DNA from: Candidatus Scalindua sp.
GTDB taxonomy: Bacteria > Planctomycetota > Brocadiia > Brocadiales > Scalinduaceae
Reading direction: 5' to 3'
DNA: 32,000 nucleotides
Assembly: GCA_031316235.1 (NCBI GenBank)
Contig: JALDRA010000001.1
Location: 2,580,001 to 2,612,000 of the forward strand
Part shown: positions 22,671 to 30,487 of the stretch, one piece after another
How the letters are laid out: every line of letters starts with the position of its first letter
Position numbering within the stretch: position 1 is the stretch's first letter
Made by a program: the position numbers and the translations under genes
The notes under the pieces: model-generated
Database searches by the model: none
What the model saw: only the letters and a program-made list of their open reading frames with translations
Told to the model about the DNA's origin: nothing

Positions 22671-23501
22671 ATGTTAAATAAGCTGGAAATTAGGAATTTT
22701 CTCAATGAGAGCGATGATTTAATTAAATACATAGGTCTTCAAGATAACTATGGAGCTCTCAGGAAAGATATGGAAAAGAAGTTCAATGAAATTGTCGGAT
22801 TTTGCGAAAAAATTTTAGAGGTTTTAACAAAATTTGATAATAAAAAAGAAATTGTCTTTGTAGAAGGTTCATGTGGTAAATCCTATCTCTCTTTCGTGCT
22901 GAACCACATTTTGTTAGTAAAACTTGGTATAAATGCTGTTTTCTATGGTGTTGATACCAATACAGATTTGATTCGAAAATGTGCTGAAACCCAGCACTTG
23001 CTGGGATTTTCGAATATGAATTTCCAGGTAGCAAAGACTATAGACTTTGTTTTTGATGGACCGGTCGATATTCTCATCGCTCTACATGCCTGTGATACGG
23101 CAACTGACGAGGCTATTGCGAAAGGAATTATGCTTGATGCAAAACATATCATGGTAGTTCCCTGCTGTCAAGGTCAGGTACGGTCACAGATCAAGAAGCA
23201 ACATATGTTAAGTGGCATTACTCAGTTTGGATTATTGCGTTATAAGTTTGCAAATATATTAACCGATGCATTGCGATCTCAATTTCTTTCGGGAAGCGGT
23301 TACTTTGTTGAGCTATTTGAAATTGTATCACCCAGATTGAGTCCAAAGAATGTTCTCATCTCAGCAAGAAAGATAAAGAATAGACATAAGCGAAATCTCG
23401 ATGAATATTTTGAATTGAGCAATATGTTTAATACACATTTTGGTCTGGAGGATCTGTTCTTCAATAATCGTATGAATGACTCCTTATTGAAAACAAGTTG
23501 A
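22671..23501 (+). CDS. Putative class I SAM-dependent methyltransferase (Methyltransf_32-like), substrate unknown
   Basis: 276-aa ORF between rpsM and rpsK. Its motifs are VFVEGSCGKSYLS (Gly-rich SAM loop), ILIALHACDTATDEAI, VVPCCQ and LTDALRSQFL..GY.VELFEIVSPRLSPKNVLISA. From memory these match the uncharacterised LHACDTATD/PCC methyltransferase family (Pfam PF13679-type). No SD precedes ATG 22671. Sampled lines are AT-rich. Confidence 0.7.
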   Translation: MLNKLEIRNFLNESDDLIKYIGLQDNYGALRKDMEKKFNEIVGFCEKILEVLTKFDNKKEIVFVEGSCGKSYLSFVLNHILLVKLGINAVFYGVDTNTDLIRKCAETQHLLGFSNMNFQVAKTIDFVFDGPVDILIALHACDTATDEAIAKGIMLDAKHIMVVPCCQGQVRSQIKKQHMLSGITQFGLLRYKFANILTDALRSQFLSGSGYFVELFEIVSPRLSPKNVLISARKIKNRHKRNLDEYFELSNMFNTHFGLEDLFFNNRMNDSLLKTS

Positions 23502-23563
23502 TATGCAAGAAAAACAGTTTTGGCATTGCTTGATTGGTTTCGGTGCAGGTAAATGAATATTTC

Positions 23564-23591
23564 TTGATTTAAGTACAGTTTTTGTTATATT
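23564..23591 (+). promoter_or_regulatory. Candidate sigma70-type promoter upstream of rpsK
   Basis: TTGATT (23564-23569), a 16-nt spacer, then TATATT (23586-23591) with TG at 23583-23584 (extended -10). Lies in the 159-nt AT-rich gap before rpsK. Sequence pattern only. Confidence 0.3.
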
Positions 23592-23660
23592 TTGTTTTAT
23601 GTTATTCAAGGCTATTCCTTCATTTAAGGAAATTTTACTATTATTTAGTTAATACATCCT

Positions 23661-24035
23661 ATGGGAAAGAAAAAGACGAAGCGGAGTGTTGTTAAGGCAA
23701 TTGCTAATGTTAAGGCAACTTTTAATAATACCTATATAACTATATCGGATACAAATGGTGAAACCTTGTGTTGGGCCAGTGCCGGTACAGTAGGTTTCAA
23801 GGGGTCGAGAAAGAGCACACCATTTGCGTCACAAAGAGCTGCAAAAACGGTAGCAGAAAAAGCTCGCCGTAAATTTGGTGTAAAAGAGGTAGAAGTTCGC
23901 GTTAAAGGGCCGGGGCCAGGAAGGGAATCGGCGATAACAGCTCTACAGGAAGCGGGGCTTTTAGTAAAGGCAATTGAGGATGTTACTCCTCTACCTCATA
24001 ACGGTTGCCGTCCTAGAAAGAAGAGGAGAGTTTAG
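23661..24035 (+). CDS. rpsK: 30S ribosomal protein S11
   Basis: Contains A.V.ATFNNT.ITI.D..G....[20 protein letters not shown] and the PHNGCRP.KKRRV C-terminus. Confidence 0.97.
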   Translation: MGKKKTKRSVVKAIANVKATFNNTYITISDTNGETLCWASAGTVGFKGSRKSTPFASQRAAKTVAEKARRKFGVKEVEVRVKGPGPGRESAITALQEAGLLVKAIEDVTPLPHNGCRPRKKRRV

Positions 24036-24095
24036 CATAATTCTGTTTTTAAAAAATTGGGTTTATGCACAAAAAAAGGTTATTAATTTTAAAAC

Positions 24096-24722
24096 ATGGC
24101 TAGATACATAGATTCGAAATGCAAATTATGTAGGAGAGAGGGTGTAAAACTGCTTTTAAAAGGTAGCCGGTGTGATACAGCTAAGTGCAGTGTTGCTAAA
24201 CGAAAATCGATTCCAGGTCAAAAATCTAGAAGGATAAGGAAGCTATCGGATTACGGGATACACTTTAGAGAGAAACAGAAATTAAAACGATTTTATGGAG
24301 TTTTCGAGAGGCAGTTTAGAAATTATTTTGCCAAGTCGGAACGGACAGAGGGAAATACCGGGCAGAACCTTCTTGTTTTGTTAGAGAGAAGGCTGGACAA
24401 CGTTTTGTTTCATCTCGGTTATGGTTTGTCACGTAGCCATGCAAGGCAGGTAATTAACCATGGTCATGTTACGGTGAATGGCAGGAAGGTTGATATTCCT
24501 TCTTTTTTAGTTAAGGCCGGAGATGTAATTAAACCAAAAAACAGTGAAAAGTGTATTGAAATGGTAAAACTGAATGTTGATACTCGTAAGAGTAGGGGTG
24601 TACCTGCCTGGCTAGAATTTGATGATGCTTCATTGGAGGGACGTATTCTCCATTTGCCTACTCAAGACGATGTTTCAATAGAAATACAGGAGCAACTTGT
24701 TGTAGAGCTTTGTTCTAAATGA
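24096..24722 (+). CDS. rpsD: 30S ribosomal protein S4 (N-terminal Cys4 form)
   Basis: MARYIDSKCKLCRREG......SRCDTAKC N-terminus, and an S4 RNA-binding domain (LE.RLDNV.F..G...SR..ARQ...HGH..VNG). Confidence 0.97.
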   Translation: MARYIDSKCKLCRREGVKLLLKGSRCDTAKCSVAKRKSIPGQKSRRIRKLSDYGIHFREKQKLKRFYGVFERQFRNYFAKSERTEGNTGQNLLVLLERRLDNVLFHLGYGLSRSHARQVINHGHVTVNGRKVDIPSFLVKAGDVIKPKNSEKCIEMVKLNVDTRKSRGVPAWLEFDDASLEGRILHLPTQDDVSIEIQEQLVVELCSK

Positions 24723-24900
24723 TACTTTGTATTTGTAGTAAGAGAAAAATAAGCTAATTATTTAAAGCGATATATGAAATCCTGCCTTAAGTTTCTTACC
24801 CATACAAATAGTAATTATTCAGTTTGTAATAATTCACACAGACCTATAAGTGAAAGAGTTTTGATATCCAGACCTGTTAAAAAGAAATTTAAGAGCGGAA

Positions 24901-24909
24901 GGGGGGGGG
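24901..24909 (+). promoter_or_regulatory. G9 homopolymer forming the Shine-Dalgarno region of rpoA
   Basis: GGAAGGGGGGGGGCTGCAT precedes ATG 24916. Nine consecutive G lie at 24901-24909, ending 6 nt before the start codon. Confidence 0.45.
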
Positions 24910-24915
24910 CTGCAT

Positions 24916-25953
24916 ATGCGTATAAGATGGAGGGATTTTGAATTACCAACAAAAGTAATTGTAGACAAGGAAACATATACAGATACTTATGGAAAGTTTT
25001 TTGTGGAGCCTTTCGAGAGAGGGTTTGGGAGTACGATTGGTAACAGTTTGAGAAGGGTATTGCTGTCGTCTATTGAAGGAAGTGCAATTACTTCGGTTAG
25101 GTTCGAGGGCATTAAGCATGAGTTCGGGATTATCCCGGGAGTTGTTGAAGATGTAACGGATATTATCCTTAATATTAAAAATGTTTTTGTAAAGCTGCAT
25201 TCTGATAATCCGAGAATGATCAGAATAGAAGCAACAAAAAAGGGAGAAGTCCAGGCAAAAGATATTATAACTGATGAAGCTGTTGAAATTATTAATGGAG
25301 ATCTTCACATTGCTACTCTTAACGATCAAACAAGATTTGTGGTTGAAATGGAGGTAAGAAATGGGAGAGGTTATAAAACTGCCGAGGAAGTTGCTGTTAG
25401 CAATCGCGAAATAGATGTCATTCCCATAGATGCGGTATTTTCTCCAATTCGGAGAACTAAGGTGTATACTGAAGAAACAAGAGTTGGCAGAAAGACTAAT
25501 TACGACAGACTGATAATTGAAATCTGGACAAATGGTTCGATCCTGCCCGAGATGGCTTTGGTTGAGTCGACAAAAATTCTGAGAAAACATCTCAACCCAT
25601 TTATTCATTATTTTGAATTGGGAAGAGAGTTGCCGCAAGCCGGTGAAAAATTACTCGAAATAACCGAAGCTCCTGAAGAAGTAGAAATATCTGATGAAGG
25701 TGTTGATCAAAAATTGTCTATTCCTGTAACCGAACTAGATCTCTCTGTCAGGGCGGCAAATTGTCTTGAGATGGCAAACATTAAAACCATTGGAGAAATT
25801 GTCGGGAAACGGGAAGATGAATTGCTGGAACTCAAAAACTTTGGTAAAACGACTTTAAATGAGATTAAGAAGAAGCTTACACAGATAGGGTTGTCTTTTA
25901 AAATGATGGAAGAAGCAAATCAGGTTGGAAAGGAAATGTCATATGAGACATAG
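24916..25953 (+). CDS. rpoA: DNA-directed RNA polymerase alpha subunit
   Basis: Contains PFERGFGSTIGNSLRRVLLSSIEGSAITSV. The C-terminal domain carries LDLSVRAANCLEMANIKTIGEIV....ELLELKNFGKTTLNEIK. Confidence 0.97.
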   Translation: MRIRWRDFELPTKVIVDKETYTDTYGKFFVEPFERGFGSTIGNSLRRVLLSSIEGSAITSVRFEGIKHEFGIIPGVVEDVTDIILNIKNVFVKLHSDNPRMIRIEATKKGEVQAKDIITDEAVEIINGDLHIATLNDQTRFVVEMEVRNGRGYKTAEEVAVSNREIDVIPIDAVFSPIRRTKVYTEETRVGRKTNYDRLIIEIWTNGSILPEMALVESTKILRKHLNPFIHYFELGRELPQAGEKLLEITEAPEEVEISDEGVDQKLSIPVTELDLSVRAANCLEMANIKTIGEIVGKREDELLELKNFGKTTLNEIKKKLTQIGLSFKMMEEANQVGKEMSYET

Positions 25954-26506
25954 AAAAAGAGAAAAACACCTCGGGAGAACATCCAGTCACAGAAAAGCTC
26001 TAAGGCGTAATTTGGCCATAAGCTTATTTACCTATGGAAGAATTGTAACGACAAAGGAGAAAGCAAAATTTGTTCGCCCTTTTGTGGAGAGAATTATTAC
26101 GCTAGCTAAGAAAGGTGTTGCCAAGAGAGAAGATAGGGTTGCTTTTATTCACTATTATAGACAGGTGCTGTCTCGCTTGAACAATAAAGAGGTAGTAAGG
26201 AAGCTGTTTGGTGAAGGTAAATGGCACGAAACAGGGGGTATCGCACACAGATATATCGTCCGAAGTGGCGGTTATACACGGATCCTGAGACTTTCTGGCA
26301 GCAGAATGGGGGTTTTGACCGGGAGCAGCGTTGGAGATATCCCGGAACTGGAATATAAAATGGAAGGTTTGCAAAGAAAACTTCGTTTGGTTGGGAACAG
26401 GTTAGGAGATAATGCGAGTCAGGTGATTTTTGAGCTTGTTGAAGACGAAAGCACTGAAGAAAACGAAGTACAACCAAAAGTGACAGTTTCCAAAGAGAAG
26501 AAATAG
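25943..26506 (+). CDS. rplQ: 50S ribosomal protein L17, with an internal insertion and an acidic tail
   Basis: MRHRKREKHLGRTSSHRKAL matches the L17 N-terminus, so I chose ATG 25943 over the ORF-track 25925. It overlaps the rpoA 3' end by 11 nt. At 187 aa it is longer than the roughly 120-130 aa typical for L17. Confidence 0.94.
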   Translation: MRHRKREKHLGRTSSHRKALRRNLAISLFTYGRIVTTKEKAKFVRPFVERIITLAKKGVAKREDRVAFIHYYRQVLSRLNNKEVVRKLFGEGKWHETGGIAHRYIVRSGGYTRILRLSGSRMGVLTGSSVGDIPELEYKMEGLQRKLRLVGNRLGDNASQVIFELVEDESTEENEVQPKVTVSKEKK

Positions 26507-26526
26507 GGTGGGCACGATTCTTAAGA

Positions 26527-26979
26527 ATGATTAGAAACTTTAGCTGGTTAATAGAGGGCGAAGTGGCGGGTATGGCAAAGCCAACAGCCTCAATTGGTGA
26601 TTTCGAGTTCCTTAAGGATACCGGTGTAGAAGCGATAGTATCACTTTCTGAAGCTCCACTCAACCAGAATCTGGTAAAAATGTTTTGTTTTCAGGTGATC
26701 CACATACCAATCAGGGATTTTGCCACTCCAAGCCTGAAACAGATAGAGGAATTTGTGGAATTTGCCAGGAGAGCAAGAGCTGATGCAAAAAAAATTGCCG
26801 TTCATTGTGATGCTGGGATCGGCAGAACAGGGACTATGCTGGCATGCTATCTGGTGAACAGGGGATATAGCGCTGAGGAGGCAATAGAAGAAGTCAGGGA
26901 GAAAAGGCCGGGTTCCATAGAAACGGCTGAGCAGGAAGAAGTTGTTAATGAGTATGCAGAGGCATGTGAGGGTAAATAA
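26527..26979 (+). CDS. Cys-based dual-specificity / tyrosine protein phosphatase (DSP family)
   Basis: 150 aa with the P-loop VHCDAGIGRTG (H-C-x5-R-T; Cys codon at 26806-26808). An upstream IPIRDFATP segment supplies the expected general-acid Asp. Starts 20 nt after rplQ on the same strand. Confidence 0.85.
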   Translation: MIRNFSWLIEGEVAGMAKPTASIGDFEFLKDTGVEAIVSLSEAPLNQNLVKMFCFQVIHIPIRDFATPSLKQIEEFVEFARRARADAKKIAVHCDAGIGRTGTMLACYLVNRGYSAEEAIEEVREKRPGSIETAEQEEVVNEYAEACEGK

Positions 26980-27023
26980 AAAAACTAGTAAGAGTGTTGC
27001 TGTTTTAATCTTATTTTACCCTG

Positions 27024-27443
27024 TTATTCTCCAATAATTTTCACTAACACTCTTTTCCTTCTCATGCCATCAAACTCTCCGTAAAAGATCTGTTCCCAGG
27101 GACCAAAATCTAACTTACCCTCAGTTATTGCCACAACTATTTCTCTCCCCATAACCTGTCGTTTAAGGTGTGCGTCCCCATTGTCTTCTCCGGTGTTGTT
27201 GTGATGATATTGTGACACAGGTTCGTGAGGCGCTAATTTTTCTAACCATTGTTCGTAGTCATGATGGAGACCTGGTTCATCATCATTGATAAAAACCGAA
27301 GCCGTTATGTGCATAGCGTTAACCAGAACAAAGCCTTCTTTGACTCCACTGTCTTTAAGGCAGCTCATTACATGATCTGTAATGTTGATAAAACCTCTTC
27401 TGCTAGCAACGTGAAACCATAGTTCTTTGCGATAACTTTTCAT
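27024..27443 (-). CDS. YjbQ/UPF0047 family protein (secondary thiamine-phosphate synthase-like)
   Basis: Contains INIT..V........G...V...HITASV.IN.DEPGL..D...WLEKLAP..........[11 protein letters not shown], ending with a [32 protein letters not shown] segment. This is the YjbQ family pattern as I recall it. I chose ATG 27443, which has a GGAGA SD 7 nt upstream on the - strand, over TTG 27476. Confidence 0.85.
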   Translation of the reverse strand: MKSYRKELWFHVASRRGFINITDHVMSCLKDSGVKEGFVLVNAMHITASVFINDDEPGLHHDYEQWLEKLAPHEPVSQYHHNNTGEDNGDAHLKRQVMGREIVVAITEGKLDFGPWEQIFYGEFDGMRRKRVLVKIIGE

Positions 27444-27815
27444 TCCCCGATCTCCTTTAAACGGTACAGTGTTCAAAAACGGTAAAGCCGTAACGGACAG
27501 TTCTCTAAAATCAAGAATAAAATCATGAGTGAGTATCTAAGATATTGCTTAAACGATCACAAGTCAAGGAATTTGTGATGTACTGGATCTGTCTGTTTCC
27601 GGAACTGTGAGGTTTTTTCTCCTTGATTTTAATGGTTTCCTGAACTAGGATAAAACGCCGGGAAAAATGAGTTTTTTAGAACTCACAGTACGAGCACAAT
27701 GGAAGGGCTAAAGTGAGATCTGCCGTAAAACAGAACAAGGGGTTGGGTAGCTTCGTTAATCTTGAAACTGCCTGCTATCAGGTAAATATTGAAACCATGT
27801 TTGTCGTGAAAAGTT

Positions 27816-28613
27816 ATGAATAAACTGATGCCGATTATGTTTTTTATAACGGTACTTGTTTTCTCCGTTATAGCGTGCAATCCGGGAAATCTTGTTGCCG
27901 AGACCGCCATCGTTCATGCCAATAGAGGATGGCAAAGAACCGACATAATATTAAAGGGCCTGTGTACCCTTAAATGGAAAGTGAATGAAGATGATTATTG
28001 GAGCTTTAACCCTGAAATTTTTCCAGATGGCCATAGCGCTGATGGATTAGATGTACCTGCTTTACATAGTTATGCACTCCCAGAAGAAAATATAGGTATG
28101 CTTCTTGGTAGAGTAGGAGGCGGTAGCATCATATCAATGGGTTTGTCTGGTTCAAGGTATGTTACACCAAAAGAGGGTGGAGAATATTTATACCTAACGA
28201 TGAATGATGACTTGATTGGTTTGTACGCAAACGGATTTAAAGATAATACCGGTGAACTGATGGTTTTCATAAAACAGACACCTTTGGATAAAATCAGAAT
28301 AGATCTCTTGTTTGTTGAGGGGTGTCCTGGTTACGAACAGGTTGTGAAATTTATCGATGAGATCGTTGAAGAAAAAGGGATTTCTGCGGATATAAACTTG
28401 ATTGAAATTGACAACTCTGGCGATGCCGGTCGGTTGCAGTTTACAGGGTCTCCGACGGTGAGAGTTGGTGGAATGGATATTGAAAGAGACCTGGCAGGAT
28501 CCAAAGAGTATGGTCTGAGGAACCGTTTGTATCATCGAGAGGGAAAGGTCTATTCTTATCCTTCGAAACGTATGATTGAAGATGCGATCAGGGAGATGGA
28601 ATTACAAAAATAA
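27816..28613 (+). CDS. Predicted lipoprotein: LecA/PA-IL-like beta-sandwich domain fused to a thioredoxin-fold domain with a single Cys
   Basis: Signal peptide ending in the lipobox-like VIAC (Cys21). Residues about 35-153 (GMLLGRVGGGSIISMGLSGSRYVTP..GGEYLYLTMNDDLIGLYANGFKDNTGELMVFI) resemble the PA-IL lectin C-terminal half (GALVMKIGNSGTIPVNTG..RWVAP...G.ITLIYND.PGTYGNNSGSFSVNI, from memory). Residues about 160-262 (LLFVEGCPGY ... LQFTGSPTVRVGGMDIE ... YGLRNRLY) resemble small thioredoxin-like proteins. Confidence 0.65.
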   Translation: MNKLMPIMFFITVLVFSVIACNPGNLVAETAIVHANRGWQRTDIILKGLCTLKWKVNEDDYWSFNPEIFPDGHSADGLDVPALHSYALPEENIGMLLGRVGGGSIISMGLSGSRYVTPKEGGEYLYLTMNDDLIGLYANGFKDNTGELMVFIKQTPLDKIRIDLLFVEGCPGYEQVVKFIDEIVEEKGISADINLIEIDNSGDAGRLQFTGSPTVRVGGMDIERDLAGSKEYGLRNRLYHREGKVYSYPSKRMIEDAIREMELQK

Positions 28614-28978
28614 AAATGGTAAATATTTGCCGGGTTTTGTGTCCCTCTCTTTATTCCTGCGGTTAATCCTGTTCCTGATCATTTAACCTTTATGCATGGT
28701 TAATTCAGGCCGTGTATCATCTGGGTCAGCTCACGGGTCTGTGTGCATCATACAGAACGGATGAGCAATGATCCCTTCGCCTCCAGATACAACATCATCT
28801 AAAATATTTTCTTCTTTTTATACTGCCCGCATAAATCGTTACGAAGGGGAACAAAAAGCGAATAGTCTTTGTTACTATTACTATATCTGAAAGTAAGAAC
28901 GCTTTTTAGCAGGTTTTGAGAACCGATTTTACAAAGAAGCTAATAATTACAATTTAATAAAAGGGGGTATGTTGTAAT

Positions 28979-30472
28979 ATGAGAAAATATTTTATGGTAT
29001 TTTTTATTGCGTTGGTCTGCGGAGGCATGAGTTTGTCCGGCACCACCAGCAATGCGGAGACAGATGCAGAAAAGCTGGACATGCTTTCTAAGAAGCTTGA
29101 GGAGCTGAGTGGCTCTGCGCAAACGCTGGAAGAGTCACTGGAGTTTGTTGCTGAATATGTCAAACCTTCGGTCGTTTCCCTCACAACAGTAAAAACATTT
29201 AAACATCCTTCGCAGGGTTTCCATGGGGACAGAGGCGAAAGAGGAAGAGACCCTTTTCATGATTTTTATGGAAAAAATTATGACCGGTACAAACAGAAAG
29301 CCCCGGAAAGAGAATTTAAGGCTCAAAGTCTTGGATCTGGAGTGATTGTTCAGGTTGATGGGACGAATGGATATATTTTAACGAATAACCATGTCGTTGA
29401 GAATATGGAAGAGTTAAAGGTTAAGCTTGGCAATAAAAGAGAATATGATGCTGTGATAATCGGTACTGATCCTCAGACAGATCTGGCTGTGGTAAAAATT
29501 GAGGCGGAAAACTTGATTCCGGCAAAGATGGGTGATTCTGATAAAATGAAGACTGGCCAGTGGGCAATAGCTGTTGGTAATCCCTTTGGTTTCAGCCACA
29601 CTGTTTCGGTTGGCGTAATAAGTGCTACCGGCAGATCCGGAGTTGGAATAGCCCAGTATGAGGACTTTCTTCAGACCGATGCAGCTATCAATCCGGGAAA
29701 TAGTGGAGGTCCTCTTGTGAATATAAAGGGTGAAGTGGTGGGGATAAATACCGCAATCTTTACTCGTACGGGAGGATATCAGGGGATTGGATTTGCGATA
29801 CCTGTGAACATGGCAAAAGCTGTATTGAGAGACTTGATTAATGTAGGAAAGGTTACCCGTGGTTGGCTGGGTGTTGTAATTCAGAATCTTGATCCGTCAC
29901 TTGCCAAGCAATTTGATGTTGAAGTTACCGAAGGAGTCTTGATTGGCGATGTGCAGGACAATTCCCCGGCAAAAGAGGGTGGTTTCGAGCGGGGAGATAT
30001 TGTGATCAGGTATGATAATAAAGAGATAGGTGATTTGAATCAGTTGCGGAATATGGTCGCTCAGACTGCGGTTGGTAATGAGGTAGAGATTAAAGTGCTG
30101 CGGAGTGGTGAAGAGAAAATGCTGAAAGTCACGATTGGAGAACAACCTGCAGACATGTTTGCAGGAGGACTATCTCCGGCAGGTAAAGATTTAGGGCTGA
30201 CGGTTCAGGATTTGACAGAAGCGTTGGCTGGTAGCATGGGTTATGAAGGAGAAAGTGGTGTCCTTGTCTCGTCTGTCGAGCCGGGAAGTGCAGCCGCTCA
30301 AGCTGATATTAAAGAGGGGGACTTGATTAAGGAAACTAATCGAGAAAAAATTGCTAATGTAAAAGAGTTTAAAGATGCTTTAAGCAAAATTGAAAAGGGC
30401 AAGGATATCTTGTTTCTTGTACGAAGAGGCATGCATACAAGGTTTGTGATAATCAAAGAGGATAGTAAATAA
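28979..30472 (+). CDS. htrA: Periplasmic serine endoprotease, HtrA/DegP/DegQ family, two PDZ domains
   Basis: N-terminal signal peptide. Catalytic triad contexts are TNNHVV (His), DLAVVKI (Asp) and GNSGGPL (Ser). Two PDZ-like segments follow (RGWLGV..Q.L ... GDIV and GVLVSSVEPGSAAAQADIKEGDLI). Confidence 0.93.
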   Translation: MRKYFMVFFIALVCGGMSLSGTTSNAETDAEKLDMLSKKLEELSGSAQTLEESLEFVAEYVKPSVVSLTTVKTFKHPSQGFHGDRGERGRDPFHDFYGKNYDRYKQKAPEREFKAQSLGSGVIVQVDGTNGYILTNNHVVENMEELKVKLGNKREYDAVIIGTDPQTDLAVVKIEAENLIPAKMGDSDKMKTGQWAIAVGNPFGFSHTVSVGVISATGRSGVGIAQYEDFLQTDAAINPGNSGGPLVNIKGEVVGINTAIFTRTGGYQGIGFAIPVNMAKAVLRDLINVGKVTRGWLGVVIQNLDPSLAKQFDVEVTEGVLIGDVQDNSPAKEGGFERGDIVIRYDNKEIGDLNQLRNMVAQTAVGNEVEIKVLRSGEEKMLKVTIGEQPADMFAGGLSPAGKDLGLTVQDLTEALAGSMGYEGESGVLVSSVEPGSAAAQADIKEGDLIKETNREKIANVKEFKDALSKIEKGKDILFLVRRGMHTRFVIIKEDSK

Positions 30473-30487
30473 ATGATATGTGGGCGA

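Noticed and set aside
22653-23660. Mobile-element signature around the methyltransferase insertion
   Set aside because: I saw no flanking direct or inverted repeats and no transposase or integrase. The only duplicate is the short word CTTGATT at 23529 and 23563. The AT-rich composition is suggestive, but it does not demonstrate mobility.
24943-25638. 231-aa ORF on the - strand, antisense to rpoA
   Set aside because: It lies entirely inside the well-supported rpoA reading frame. The sequence is low-complexity and Ser/Asn/Phe/Ile-rich with no recognisable motif. Long antisense ORFs are expected opposite purine-rich, AT-leaning coding sequence.
26145-26663. 172-aa - strand ORF antisense to rplQ and the phosphatase gene
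   Set aside because: This is a shadow ORF across two supported + strand genes, with no recognisable domain.
27444-27700. Possible TPP riboswitch upstream of the YjbQ-family gene (- strand)
   Set aside because: I looked for the conserved CTGAGA and ACCTGATCTGGATAATGCCAGCG-type elements (as reverse complement on the + strand) and did not see them. Only short AT-rich hairpins of 5-7 bp are present.
27683-27910. 75-aa - strand ORF spanning the start of the lipoprotein gene
   Set aside because: It overlaps the signal-peptide region of a better-supported + strand gene and has no SD or motif.
28840-28960. SigmaE-type (GGAAC..N16..TCTGA-like) or sigma70 promoter for htrA
   Set aside because: The GGAACA and GAACCG words are present, but spacing to any plausible -10 is wrong. 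It is about 11 nt for the sigmaE-like pair and 18-19 nt for TTGAGA...TAATAA. I do not call this as a feature.
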